From the NCBI RefSeq assembly GCF_006345805.1, contig NC_043007.1, positions 1,860,001 to 1,924,000 on the forward strand: a DNA stretch of 64,000 nt. Direction: 5' to 3'. Both the position numbers and the translations under genes were made by a program. Shown one piece after another: positions 1 through 12,697 of this stretch. The notes below the pieces were generated by a model. The model was not told the origin of the DNA. It saw nothing but the letters and a program-made list of their open reading frames with translations, and did no database searches. Positions within the stretch are counted from its first letter, which is position 1; every line of letters begins with the position of its first letter. This DNA is from Octopus sinensis (taxonomy: Eukaryota).

Positions 1-684
1 CTTGTAATGTATGAATTAGCCGGTCGATTTCTCTTTCTGAAAATTCCAGTTTATCCAGATTCTCACCAATTATTATTGGATTAGATTTGAATTCATAATC
101 TGGATGGAGAAGTTGGAGGTTTTGAAGCAGTTGTCCATAGTTATCCTCTTTCTCTTTGATTTTAAAAGAGACATTGGAGAGCTGACTGCTAAGATATTAG
201 AGAGCTGACCTCTAAGAAAGTACATACTTTTTCTTCTTGTCTGTCCCACACAACAACATCCAACATGTTATGCTTACACTTGACAAATATTTTGATGGGA
301 ATGTTCCGCCATTATTGCTTGTGTTGTTGTTTATTTATGCATTCGGTAACATGGGGACTCTTTATATTTATTCCAGGACTATCCCTTTTCTGAATGGTAT
401 TGTATATTGTTTTTAAGATAATGTCATGTCAGATAGAGAGGTATTACTTTGGTGACATTTTGGGCTGTTGCCTATCATGTGTGATGTCTAACACAGAAAT
501 ATGACATAATCTACATTTTTGCTTGCATCTTAGAACTCCAAGATGGGTGTTGAGAGAGAGAGAATCAAGCACAGAATGTAGATAATTAGACTATATCAAT
601 GGGACCATGAATATCCTTGCCCTTTGTGCTTTGGTATCCATAGCAACTACCTTAAGATAACAATATTTATTGCCCATCCAATTT

Positions 685-1760
685 GGCAAGCTGGCAGAAA
701 CGTTAGCATGCTAGGCGAAATGCTTAGTAGTATTTCGTCTGCCGTTACGTTCTGAGTTCAAATCCTGCCAAGGCCAAGTTTGCCTTTCATCCTTTCAGGG
801 TCGATCAAATAAGTACCAGTTACGCACTGGGGTTGATGTAATCGACTTAATCCGTTTGTTTGTCCTTGTTTGTCTTCTCTGTGTTTAGCCCCTTGTGTGT
901 AGTAAAGAAATAGGTATTTCGTCTGCTGCTCCGTTCTGAGTTCAAATTCCGCCGAGATCGACTTTGCCTTTCATCATTTCGGGGGTCGATTAAATAAGTA
1001 CCAGTTACGGACTGGGATGGATATAATCGACTTAATCTGTTTGTCTGTCCTTGTTTGTCTTCTCTGTGTTTAGCCCCTTGTGGGTAGTAAAGAAATAGGT
1101 ATTTCGTCTGCTGCTCCGTTCTGAGTTCAAATTCCGCCGAGATCGACTTTGCCTTTCATCCTTTCGGGGGTCGATTAAATAAGTACCAGTTACAGACTGG
1201 GATGGATATAATCGACTTAATCCGTTTGTCTGTTCTTGTTTGTCTTCTCTGTGTTTAGCCCCTTGTAGGTAGTAAAGAAATAGGTATTTCGTCTGCTGCT
1301 CCGTTCTGAGTTCAGATTCCGCCGAGATCGACTTTGCCTTTCATCCTTTCGGGGTCGATTAGATAAGTACCAGTTACGCACTGGGGTCAATATAATCGAC
1401 TTAATCCGTTTGTCTGTCCTTGTTTGTCCTCTCTGTGTTTAGCCCCTTGTGGGTAGTAAAGAAATAGGTATTTCGTCTGTCTTTATGTTCTGAGTTCAGA
1501 TTCCGCCGAGATCGACTTTGCCTTTCATTCTTTCGGGGTCGATTAGATAAGTACCAGTTACGCACTGGGGTCAATATAATCGACTTAATCCGTTTGTCTG
1601 TCCTTGTTTGTCCTCTCTGTGTTTAGCCCCTTGTGGGCAGTAACGAAATAGGAATTTCGTCTGCTGCTATGTTCTGAGTTCAAATTCCGTCGAGGTCGAC
1701 TTTACCTTTCGTCCTTTCGGGGCTGATAAATTAAGTATCAGTTGTGTACTGGGGCCTTGT
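685..1760 (+). mobile_element. tRNA-derived SINE (Meta-domain-like core) in a head-to-tail multimer, 184-185-bp period
   Basis: Head ggcaagctggcagaaacgttagc, core gcctttcatcctttcggggtcgataaataagtaccag; unit restarts (gaaataggtatttcg) at 907, 1092, 1277, 1461, 1645. Confidence 0.8.
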
Positions 1761-1886
1761 GCCTATTGCTCATTCTTCTGTAGTCTTACCTCAGCTGTTT
1801 TCTTCTAGAGAGAAGAAAGAGAACAACAACTGTCTTGACAAAGAGGACTCCATGTTAGCAAATGAAATAAACTATTTTCTTACAGT

Positions 1887-1917
<31 letters not shown>

Positions 1918-2238
1918 CATACTTCTAGATCCAGTAATTATGATTATAATCCTAACCTGTTTGTTTTCACACTGAACATATCCGTAGTTTTAGTTTCCAT
2001 TGTCTGTATTTGCCTTTCCATAGCTTTTGGGCATAAATAAAAAAATAAATAAATAAAAATAAAAAAAATTTTCCAAAAATAATAAACGTTTCTATTTTTT
2101 CTCTATTTTTCTTTTCATAATTACTTTTTTTTTTATCCTTTTTTTCAATTTGAAATCTCCCATTTCGGAAAAGCGATATTTAATTAAAACTATCTTCCAA
2201 ACACTTCATCCACTAGTCATTAATTTCCTCTGCTAATC

Positions 2239-2625
2239 TGGTTGTGTGGTAAGTAGCTTGCTTACCAACCACATGGTTCCGGGTTCAGTCCCGCTGCGTG
2301 CCACCTTGGGCAAGTGTCTTCTACTATAGCCTTGGGCTGACCAAATCCTTGTGAGTGGATTTGGTAGACAGAAACTGAAAGAAGCCCATCGTATATATAT
2401 ATATATGTGTGTGTGTTTGTGTGTATGTTTGTGCCCATCGCTTGACAACTGATGTTTGTGTGTTTACGTCCCTCTTGCCTAGCGGTTTGGCAAAAGAGAC
2501 CGATAGAATAATAAGCTCTAGGCTTACAAAGAATAAGTCCTGGGGGTCAATTTGCTCGACTAAAGGCAGTGCTCCAGCATGGCCGTAGTCAAATGACTTA
2601 AAACAGGTAAAAGAATAAAAACGAT
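2239..2625 (+). mobile_element. tRNA-derived CORE-type SINE (octopus OR-like) with internal (TA/TG)n
   Basis: Head gtgtggtaagtagcttgc...gggttcagtccc, CORE-like caccttgggcaagtgtctt, tail gctccagcatggccgcagtcaaatgactgaaacaagtaaaag. Similar + copies near 6740-6895, 12750-13135, 54764-55160, 56331-56730, 60538-60935. Confidence 0.75.
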
Positions 2626-2959
2626 AAAAAAAAAACTATTGATTTATTCATTGATCTCTCTTCATATTTATTCCTGCCTCCTTGTTATTTTTGGGTCAAC
2701 AACTAATTCTTTCATTATGTTGTCTCAGCATTTTCAAGATGTTTTTCGATTTTGTCCAATTAATTTATTCTCCAGCTTTTCTCCCTGCCTGACAGCAGTT
2801 AACTTTTAGATCTGTGTCAAGATCTGTTGCTCATCTCCATTATAAGTTATAACTAGGTTCTTCATTAAATGCTAAAGAACCATCTGTTAAAGGCATCTGC
2901 ATTTCATTTCTTTCTCCTTTCTGTCTTGTTTTTTTTTTTCTTTTACTGCCCTAAATTGA

Positions 2960-3235
2960 TATCTCTTCTTCTTCTTCTTCATCTTCTACTTCTTCTTCTT
3001 TTTCTTCTTCTTCTTCTTTTCTTCTTCTTCTTCTTCTTCTTCTTCTTCTTCTTCTCTCTTCTTTGTTTTCTTCTTCTTCTTCTTCATCTCCCCCTTCTTT
3101 GTTTTCTTCTTCTTCTTCTTCTTCTTCTTCTTCTTCTTCTCTCCTCCTCCTTTGTTTTCTTCTTCTTCTTCTTTTTCTCCTCCTCCTCATCCCCCATCCT
3201 CCTCCCCCTCATCCCATCACCCCCTCCTCCTCCAG
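2960..3235. repeat. (CTT)n/(CCT)n microsatellite
   Basis: Direct reading. Confidence 0.95.
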
Positions 3236-3384
3236 TAACACACTGGTGATTGCTGAATTTCTCTAGAGAACATTCTTTTCTTTGTAGTTAGATCGTATGT
3301 GATCTTCTTCTAGCATATTGGTTATCCACCTAGTGGTTATCCCTAAATTTATATATATATATTTATATATATATCATCATCATC

Positions 3385-3904
3385 ATCATCATCATCATCG
3401 TTTAACGTCCGCTTTCCATGCTAGCATGGGTTGGACGGTTCAACTGGGGTCTGGCAAGCCCGAAGGCTGCACCAGGCCAGTCAGATCTGGCAGTGTTTCT
3501 ACAGCTGGATGCCCTTCCTAACGCCAACCACTCCGAGAGTGTAGTGGGTGATTTTATGTGCCACCGACACAGGTGCCTGACGAGGCTGGCAGACGGCCAT
3601 GCTCGGATGGTGTTTTTTATGTGCCACCGACACAGGTGACAGACGAGGCTGGCAGACGGCCACGCTCGGATGGTGTTTTCTTATGTGTCACCGACACAGG
3701 TGCCAGACGAGGCTGGCGGACGGCCACGCTCAGATGGTGTTTGTTACGTGCCCTCAGCGCCGAGGCCAGTCGTTGCGGTACTGGCTACGGTCACGTTCGG
3801 ATGGTTTTCTTATGTGCCACCGGCACTGGTACCACAAGGATACAAATTCCATTGATGTTCATCTATTTTGATTTGGTTCAATTTGATTTGATTTGATTTG
3901 ATTC
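3385..3904 (-). mobile_element. short non-autonomous or 5'-truncated element carrying the RTE 3' tail and gtgccaccgacac modules
   Basis: Near-identical to the reverse complement of ~50950-51535. Related copies near 4190-4915(+), 7620-7800(+), 21405-21720(-), 28605-28795(+), 34100-34425(-), 35880-36350(+), 40925-41075(-), 41575-42290(-), 42945-43090(+), 44030-44490(-), 46400-46672(+), 57870-58120(+), 59280-59780(-), 63865-64000(-). Confidence 0.75.
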
Positions 3905-3984
3905 GATATATATATAATAGAAATATTAAAATAACTAAGTCTCTCTAAAAGAGAACAGCGGCAGCGTTCCCGGAAAATAATAGT

Positions 3985-4107
3985 TATCGCCATACTAATA
4001 TGACATTCTTATAAAAATAAGAAAGAAGCTGTCCGCTTATTAGCTCCATGGAGCTAATAAGCGGACAGCTTCTTTCTTATTTTTATAAGAATGTCATATT
4101 AGTATGG

Positions 4108-4112
<5 letters not shown>
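3985..4112. repeat. perfect 128-bp palindrome without spacer
   Basis: Centre ...agctcca|tggagct... between 4048 and 4049; arms match base for base by eye. Confidence 0.95.
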
Positions 4113-4165
<53 letters not shown>

Positions 4166-4610
4166 ATATTATTTGTACAAATATGAATAAACTTTTACAT
4201 GTAAAAAGCACCATTCAACCATGGTCGATGCCTGTGCTGCCTGACTGGCTCCCATGCCAGTGGCATGTAAAGAGTACATCTCCTGACTGTCTCCCTGCTG
4301 GTGGCATGTAAAAAGCACCATTCAAGTGTGGTTATTACCAGTGCCACCTCACTGGCTCCCATGCCAGTGACATGTAAAAGGTACCATTCGACCGTGCTTG
4401 TTGCCAGTGTCGCCTGATTGGCTCCAGTGCTGGTGGCACATAAAAAACACCATTTAAGCGTCATCGATGCCAATACCACCTGACTGGCCCCCATGCCGGT
4501 GGCTCAGAAAAAGCACTCACTATACTCTTGGAGTGGTTGGCGTTAGGAAGGGCATCCAGCTGTAGAAACTTTGCCTGATCAGATTGGAGACTGCTGCAGC
4601 CTTCCAGCTT

Positions 4611-4838
4611 GCCAGATCAGATTGGGGCCTGGTACAGCCTTCCAGCTTGCCAGATCAGATTAGGGCCTGGTACAGCCTTCCAGCTTGCCAGATCAGATTA
4701 GGGCCTGGTACAGCCTTCCAGCTTGCCAGATCAGATTGGGGCCTGGTACAGCCTTCCAGCTTGCCAGATCAGATTAGGGCCTGGTACAGCCTTCCAGCTT
4801 GCCAGATCAGATTGGGGCCTGGTACAGCCTTCCAGCTT
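4611..4838 (+). repeat. 38-bp minisatellite x6 inside an RTE-tail element
   Basis: gccagatcagattrgggcctggtacagccttccagctt starting at 4611, 4649, 4687, 4725, 4763, 4801. Confidence 0.95.
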
Positions 4839-5329
4839 GCCAGTCCTGAGTGAAACCATCCAACCCATGTCAGCATAGAAAGCAGATGTTAAACAATGAC
4901 GATGATGATGATGATTGCTGGTTCTATGTAAACCTAATTTTGAATGGTATGATTTTGTGCTGGATGTTTTGTTAATCATAAAAAAAGTTATTTTTTCAAA
5001 ACATTTTTCACAGAAACAACTGATATATACTCGTTAGACATGAACCTTGGCAGAAATTCAAAAAGCATAAAGATATTTGTAATTAACAGGTGTAAAAACT
5101 AAATAAAGCTGCAGTTTTTCAATCAATATTTCAGTGAAAATAATCTTTGTGTCTTATTGCAAATAACATTAATAACTGAAACATGCCTGTCATATGTACA
5201 GACACACACACACACACATACATAGTGTGTGTGTGTGTGTGTGTGTATGCTTCTGTATTTGTTTACTGTGTTTGTTTACATTCGCTGTCTACAAAAGTTG
5301 TCGCTTCTCCTGTCAACATATCATCAACC

Positions 5330-5935
5330 TATTTCTTTATTACCCACAAGGGGATAAACACAAACAAACAAGGACAGACAAATGGATTAAGTTGATTAGA
5401 TCGACCCCAGTGCATAACTGGTACTTATTTAATTGACTGAAAGGATGAAAGGCAAAGTTGACCTCGGCAGAATTTGAACTCAGAACGTAGCTGCAGACGA
5501 AATACCTATTTCTTTACTACCCACAAGGGGTTAAACACAGAGAGGACAAACAAGGACAGACAAATGGATTAAGTCGGTTATATCGACCTCAGTGCGTAAC
5601 TGGTACTTATTTAATCAACCCCGAAAGGATGAAAGGTAAAGTTGACCTCAGTGGAATTTGAACTCGGAACGCAGCGGCAGACGAAATACCTATTTCTTTA
5701 TTGCCCACAAGGAGCTAAACACAGAGAGGACAAACAAGGACAGACAAATGGATTAAGTCGATTATATCGACCCCAGTGCGTAACTGGTACTTATTTAATC
5801 GACCCTGAAAGCATGAAAGGCAAAGTCAATTAAATAAGTAGCAGTGATGCACTGAGGTCGGTGTAATCGACTTAATCCGTTTGTCCGTCCTTGTTTGTCC
5901 CCTCTTTGTTTAGACCCTTGTGGGCAATAAAGAAA
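5330..5935 (-). mobile_element. multimer of the same Meta-like SINE
   Basis: Reverse-complement units, with an inverted partial unit near 5830-5935. Confidence 0.75.
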
Positions 5936-7004
5936 TAATAAAAGCATAGTAGGAGATGTGTACCCAGAATACAGTATCGCAACGTAGAACAGAACATCAC
6001 ATTGTAATTGTGCCATAGCCAAACACTAATAAACAGACACACATACAAAAACACATAAAAACACACATGTATATGTAATGAAGACATGCAGAACACAAAC
6101 AAACCAAGAGAAAATATCCAAAATAAATACCGGCCTACGAGATATCAAGTGAGCCCCTATCTTCTTAAAGTTGATATTTGAAGAATTATTTTAGTTAATA
6201 GTTTGTTTTTTTTTCTTGCATAGAAATTTTTTTTACCAAATATTCCAGTTTATAAAGTATCTCTCAGGTATCTTTTAAGAATATTTGTTTGATAGATGTT
6301 TACAGTGGACCACTAACGTAAATACTAGTAATCATAATACAAACGTAGAAGCTGGAAAAGAACGACCATTGAGAAAGATTATTTGTTTAGACACATAAAG
6401 CAACCATGAACGCATTTGTAATGATAAAATGAAAATGTTGTTTATATGCTGGAATAGACAAAGATTGTCTGGCATGGACATCTAAAGACAGAAACAGAAG
6501 AATATGAGAATTCATGGAATTATATATACACACACATATATATATACACACACACGTACATACATACATACATACATACCTACATACATACATACATACA
6601 TACATACCTACATACATATATACCTACATACATACATACCTACATACATACATACATACATATATACCTACATACATACATACATACATACATACATACA
6701 TACATACACACATACACACGTGTGTATATTGTCCAGTTGCAACTGTGTGGTAAGAAGTTTGTTTCCTAGTCATATGGTTCCAGGTTCAGTTTCATGTATG
6801 TCCCCTTAACCAAGTGTCTCCTACTTTAGCCCATGGTTAACAAAAACCTTGTTAGTGGATTTAGTTGGCAGAAATTAAAGAAGCCCGTATGTGTTTGTAA
6901 ATACACATACATACATGCATACATACATATATTACATTATATATATATATATACATATATATATATAACTTTTTCTTCACCCATTCCCTTCTGGTCATTC
7001 AAAA

Positions 7005-7210
7005 TGTGACCGTGTGTGTACCGTTGGCGATTTTTTTTTCTTCTGTCTTCCCTTCCTTGGATCTTTCCTTTTCCTATGTTTCTGACAAAGAGCTCCGCTC
7101 GAAACTTTAAACCCTCCTTATTTCTTTCCTTTCCTGAGCATCCAATAACACTATACTTGTTCCACGTCCTCGCATTATTGTGTTTTCTCTTTGTGTTTTC
7201 CTGTTTCGAT

Positions 7211-7215
<5 letters not shown>
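7005..7215 (+). mobile_element. short element ending at (TA)n with degenerate hammerhead at 7078-7112 (family B)
   Basis: GUUU CUGACAA A GAGC UCC GCUC GAAA CU UU AAAC; homologous to 28865-29072. Confidence 0.6.
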
Positions 7216-7255
<40 letters not shown>

Positions 7256-7507
7256 AGATAGGGGTTGAAAATTCAACCCACCATGGGATAACATATATCC
7301 AATATACTGCTAGAGAGGTACCCAACAAGACTAATATAATTACATATTATATTTTATATTTTATATTTCTATTTCCTTGTCTAATTATATTTACAGTATA
7401 TTTTGTATAATGCCTTTACTGTTATGTAATGGTGTAATAAAGTATTGATTGGGTATCATCTGTTGGTTGATGTTTGATTGATTTAAGTATGTTTCTCCAT
7501 TTTCTAA

Positions 7508-7556
<49 letters not shown>

Positions 7557-8146
7557 ATGTATGTATGTATGTATGTACGTACGTACATACACACATATTA
7601 CATCATATATATATATATGCCGGTGGCATGTAAAAAGCACCCACTACAGTCTCAGAGTGGTTGACGTTAGGAAGGGCATCCAGCTGTAGAAAGTCTGCCA
7701 GATCAGATTGGGGCCTGGTGCAGCCTCCTGGATTCCAGACTCCAGTCAACCTGTCCAACCCCTGCCAGCATGGAAAACGGATGGTAAACGATGATGATGA
7801 TATATATATATGGAATTTATAAATATTTAATACATCGCTTTGACAGCAGATTCACATAACTTTCACAGCAGATTCTGTATCCTTGGGATGAGCACAGTAT
7901 AGTTCATAGCGTCCATGGGCACCGGTTGATCATCATCATTGATTCATTTCATTAGATGATGATACATTAGCGGATGAACCACAGAGGGACATTTATTCCT
8001 TCTTACCAGTAGCAAGCAAGGCCAATCTAACTATATACATATGTATGTACATACATATATACATACATACACACACATACATACATATATACACACACAT
8101 ATACATACATACATATGCACATATATACATACACACACACCCACAC

Positions 8147-8191
<45 letters not shown>

Positions 8192-10837
8192 CATACATAT
8201 AAATTTAATATAAACAACAGTTTGCAGTGTTTCACCAGAAAGAATTATAATTGTCACTAAATGTGACTAGGGTGTGTACACACACAAACATACCTGTATG
8301 TATATATGTATGTGTGTGTATGTACATATATATATATATGTGTGTGTGAGTGTATATGTATATATATATATATATATATAAATATACACACACACACACA
8401 CTTATACATTTATATCTATATGCATGCGTGTATATGTGTGTGTTTTGTCTGTGTCGTTTGACACTGTGCCACGGTTGTAAAAGAGTGTCACTCTCCTACA
8501 AATGATGTCAGCAGGTTCCTATCTCCTTTAAAAACATGTCCAACCATGGGTGGGGTAGGGGTTATGGCTATGTTTCATGGAATCAGATAAAGGTCATCCA
8601 TAGAAAAATCTGCTTCAACCAATTCCATCTGACCCATGCAGCAGTGGGAACTGGACATCAACATGATGGTAATGATGATGATGATGATGATGATGATGAT
8701 AGAGATAATTATGATGATGATGGTGATGATGGTGATATTGATGATGTATTTATTTGCCAAAGTTCATAATGGACATCTGCTTAATACCCATGAGCATTAT
8801 CTTCTAACTTTTACCATCATAGGTTAATTTTATATCTGGCATCTTTTCTGTGTGTCCTTTGTGTTATTCTGTCAAAGTATCCTTTGTTTTCTCCACACCC
8901 TTCTTGTATCCATATATCCATATGTATGTCTGTGTGTTCATGTGTGTGTGTCCGTGTGTTCATGTGTGTGTATGTATGCGCAAACCTGACGAAAGTGAAA
9001 CTCCTTGATGTTTAAAAGAAACATAATATATTTATTGACCATTTGAAATATGTTAGTCGTTTTATTTGCATCAACATTTTGTAGACTTGCCATTTTCAGA
9101 TCTTAATTCTTTGATGCTTTTAGGCATCGGACTAAAATAGTTGCTGGATTTTCCTTTGTGTGATATCTGCCCAGGTTTCAAATGAAACATTACCGATTCT
9201 GCTTGTGTTATTGATTTATCATACTTTCTTTAGATATTGCCATTCAAGACTATGTGGCGTTATCAGTGTAGGATTTGATGTGAAGAGTTTGATGTGCTGC
9301 TGACAGACAAATCTCTCTTAAGTCACACTTTGCCGCTTCAATAAAGTAACAACAGTTTTTGCACAGGTAGTCCTAGATATGCAAAACGACAGCTTGTTCA
9401 CAGCAGCAATGCTTTTGATCCTGTGTCTACTTGATAAGGCTGACCTGGGGCTAAACAACAGGAATAGTGATGTGCTGTATTGATAAACTAATGCGGGAAT
9501 TTGTTTAAAACCATAAGGCGGTTGTGAAACCAAGATTTATATAGGGCTGCGTGATACCTCTAAAAAGAAGTGGATGGTGTGCTTGTCTGTTCAAATTTTG
9601 CAGTGTTTGTCAACAAAGGAAGAGGAGAGTACTCAATACATAATAGTGAACATATTATTCATTTAAAATGAATTCATTTACTCCAAAGCTACTTGATAAG
9701 GCTGACCTGGGGGCTAAACAACAGGAATAATGATGTGCTGTATTGATAAACCAGTGTGGGAGTTTGTTTAAAACCATTATGGCAGTTATGAAATCCCTTT
9801 AAAAAAATCACATGTAGGGTAACATGTGATTTTTAAGGTACACTATGCTGTGAAAAGAATAGGATCAGATTTGATTTGGGGTTAAGCACCAACAACAGAT
9901 TGCTATAAAACTCAATGTTTTTTTCATAATAGCATGCTGCCATCTTAAAAAGAAGCACTTTGGCTAATGTTGTCCAAGATAGACTATGCCTCAAAGCATA
10001 AAGATCAGGGTTACTTTGTGGCTAAACACCAACAATATCTAGTTATGTGGATAAAGGTCTCTCAAAACCACATACTACCATCTTATCAAGAAGCATTTTA
10101 ATTAGTATAGTCCAAGGTACACTGTGCCTGAAAACAAGCAGTTCAGTGGTGGCAACAGCAACATGCTAGATGGTTGAAGGTTCCTCAAAATTGCATGCTC
10201 TTATCTTAAAAAGAAGTGCTTTTGCTAATATCATCCAGGGTACATGGTACTTGAAAACAAGAAGTTTAAGGTTAATTTGTGGTCATACAGCAACAACTTG
10301 TCATGACACAAAGTCTCTCAAAATCTTAAGAACAAGAAGCACATTGGGTATCGTAGCTCAGGAAAGCAAAGAAGTTCAGGGTTGTTTGCAGCTAAACAAG
10401 AACAACATTTCTTTATTCTGCTAAATTTCACTGTTTCACAGAGACTGATTCCAGTGAGAAACTGTTAAACAGACATTCAGATCGAGATAAAAACATTATG
10501 AAGGTGAAGAAAAAAATCCCTTCTAATTTGTTGCATTCTATCATGAAACCAGCTTTGAAACACCTGTTACTGTCATTGCTTGACAACTGAAGGTCCAGGA
10601 AGGATTTGATATGGATTTGTGTTCTTTTTTCCTTTCCTGTTCTCTTGAATATATTATATGAACTGTCAGTGGTTTGCTTATCTTGTGCTGGACTGATTAA
10701 TCTTTCGTTTGGCTAAAAAATTGTGCCTGAAAATTGGTGGCGCCTTAGCTGAGTATCTTCACTTATAACTCATGTCCACCTATGTGCCCATGTAAATGGA
10801 ATTTGGGAAACTGTAGCTGTGCGGGGAAACAGCCTTT

Positions 10838-11038
10838 GGATCGTTAGCCCCTACACGCAATTTTTTTCTCTCCATGTTTCTCACCTTGTTTCTTTTCTGT
10901 GTATCTTTCCGTCGAAGAGCTTAGGCTCGAAACGTAAAAGACTTGTTTTATTTCTATTCCTGAACGCCATACTTAATACATTGTTTGTTTGTACTCAACC
11001 TGCTTTCGTCTTTTGTTTATTTTCGTAAACCTTCCCGT

Positions 11039-11040
<2 letters not shown>
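10838..11040 (+). mobile_element. short element ending at (TA)n with hammerhead-like motif at 10905-10940 (family C)
   Basis: CUUU CCGUCGA A GAGC UUAG GCUC GAAA CG UA AAAG; homologous copies at 12.3, 12.5, 14.5 and 37.9 kb. Confidence 0.65.
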
Positions 11041-11078
<38 letters not shown>

Positions 11079-11079
11079 A

Positions 11080-11080
11080 G

Positions 11081-11147
<67 letters not shown>

Positions 11148-11164
11148 GTAGGTAGGTAGGTAGG

Positions 11165-11219
<55 letters not shown>

Positions 11220-11224
11220 GTAGG

Positions 11225-11257
<33 letters not shown>

Positions 11258-11292
11258 TGCTAGATAGATAGATAGATAGATAGATAGATATA
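11080..11292. repeat. (TAGA)n microsatellite
   Basis: Direct reading. Confidence 0.95.
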
Positions 11293-12269
11293 CTCTATCT
11301 ATCTATCTATCATTTATTTTGTGTCTAGCTTCTGGCTTCTAGTTTCATTAACCTTTTCCTAAACATTTTACGAAGGTATTGTTTCTATGTTGTTCCCATT
11401 GTATTTGCTACTCCATTGGCTGTTTGTTTTTATTGGTCAGATTCCAATTTGTAATAAGGCTTTTGTTTACTTATTCAATCCATATCCTTATCTATCCTTC
11501 TCCTGTTACATTTCTTTTGACTAACACAGCTTTCCTTTACTCTATACATTTCACAGTTGGACCATTTACCACATAACTTTTTATAGGTATATCACTTTTC
11601 ATTGGCCTTGTCAGTAGTTGTCCTTTTTATGCCTCCCAACTACTTAACCATATCCTGTTTTATTAGAGTTACTTACCCTTTTATTGTGTTTTATTGGTCA
11701 TTCATGTAGTTACCTTCTATCTTCCTGTTGATTATGTCATCATATCCTGCTTCACTAAAAGTGACTACCTCATAAATAAGTTATTTTATACCTATTGTTA
11801 CTACTGATATTTTTCCCACAGGAATATTTTATATCTAGTGTCTCTAAATTGCCAATCTCTTTTGTAGGTTAATGTGTTGGTTGCATTTGTTTATGGTTGT
11901 GATGGCATTGGCACAGCTGTGATTCCTTTCTAATTTTCTGCTACGGTAACAATGTTAGATATCTACTTCTGTTGCAGCTCAAAGCAAGTTTTGAAGTGTA
12001 TTCATTTTAATGCTTGCCTACTGAAATGAATTTGTGTAGTTTATTGAGTAAAGCCTCATCCTTACATAATTCTGTTTGTATTTTCCTGGTGTGTGAAAGG
12101 GGCAAGTTCTAAACTCACTTCTTTAAGGAACAGCACTCTTTAAATTTCCAGTTGACATTTACTTACATTTATGTATGTGTATATCTATCTATCTGTCTGT
12201 CTGTCTCTCTCTCTCTCTCTGTATATATATATATATATACACATTTCTTACCTTGAACTTTCAACGTTG

Positions 12270-12470
12270 ATTCGTTAGCTACTGCACGCATTTTTTTTCT
12301 CTCCTTCTTTCTGTGTTTTTCTCTCTCTGTGTATCTTTCTGTTGAAGAGCGTAGGCTCGAAACGTTAAAGACTTGTTTTATTTATATTTCCTGAGCGCCA
12401 TACTAATACAATTGTTCGTTTGTTTTCCACCTGCCTTCGTCTTTTGTTTATTTTCATAAAGCTTCCCGTT
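12270..12470 (+). mobile_element. family C copy, hammerhead-like motif at 12335-12370
   Basis: CUUU CUGUUGA A GAGC GUAG GCUC GAAA CG UU AAAG. Confidence 0.65.
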
Positions 12471-12499
12471 ATATATATATATATATATACAGTTGATAT

Positions 12500-12635
12500 T
12501 GACAGAAAAACAAAAGACGAAGGCAGGTGTATTAGTTTGATGTTTAGGAAGGTGAGAAAGTATTTTATATTTTGAGCCTATGCTCTTTAACAGAAAGCAA
12601 CACAAGGAAATAAACAGAGAGAGAAAAAAAAAAAA
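12500..12635 (-). mobile_element. family C inverted, internally deleted copy (tail-to-tail with 12270-12470)
   Basis: Reverse complement of family C across a (TA)n spacer. Confidence 0.6.
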
Positions 12636-12665
12636 CTTGTGAATTCCGCAGTCAATCATGGCAAG

Positions 12666-12697
<32 letters not shown>

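Noticed and set aside
4611-4838. Regular repeats as a CRISPR array (also 685-1760 and 51090-51380)
   Set aside because: No unique spacers, eukaryotic context, and units derive from retroelements.
8986-9001. CTGACGAAAGTGAAAC hammerhead-like core
   Set aside because: No stem II and no convincing stem I; single copy, likely chance.
11867-11935. AG-preceded open stretch as an upstream MON2 exon
   Set aside because: Translation does not resemble MON2 and hits a stop before any donor site.
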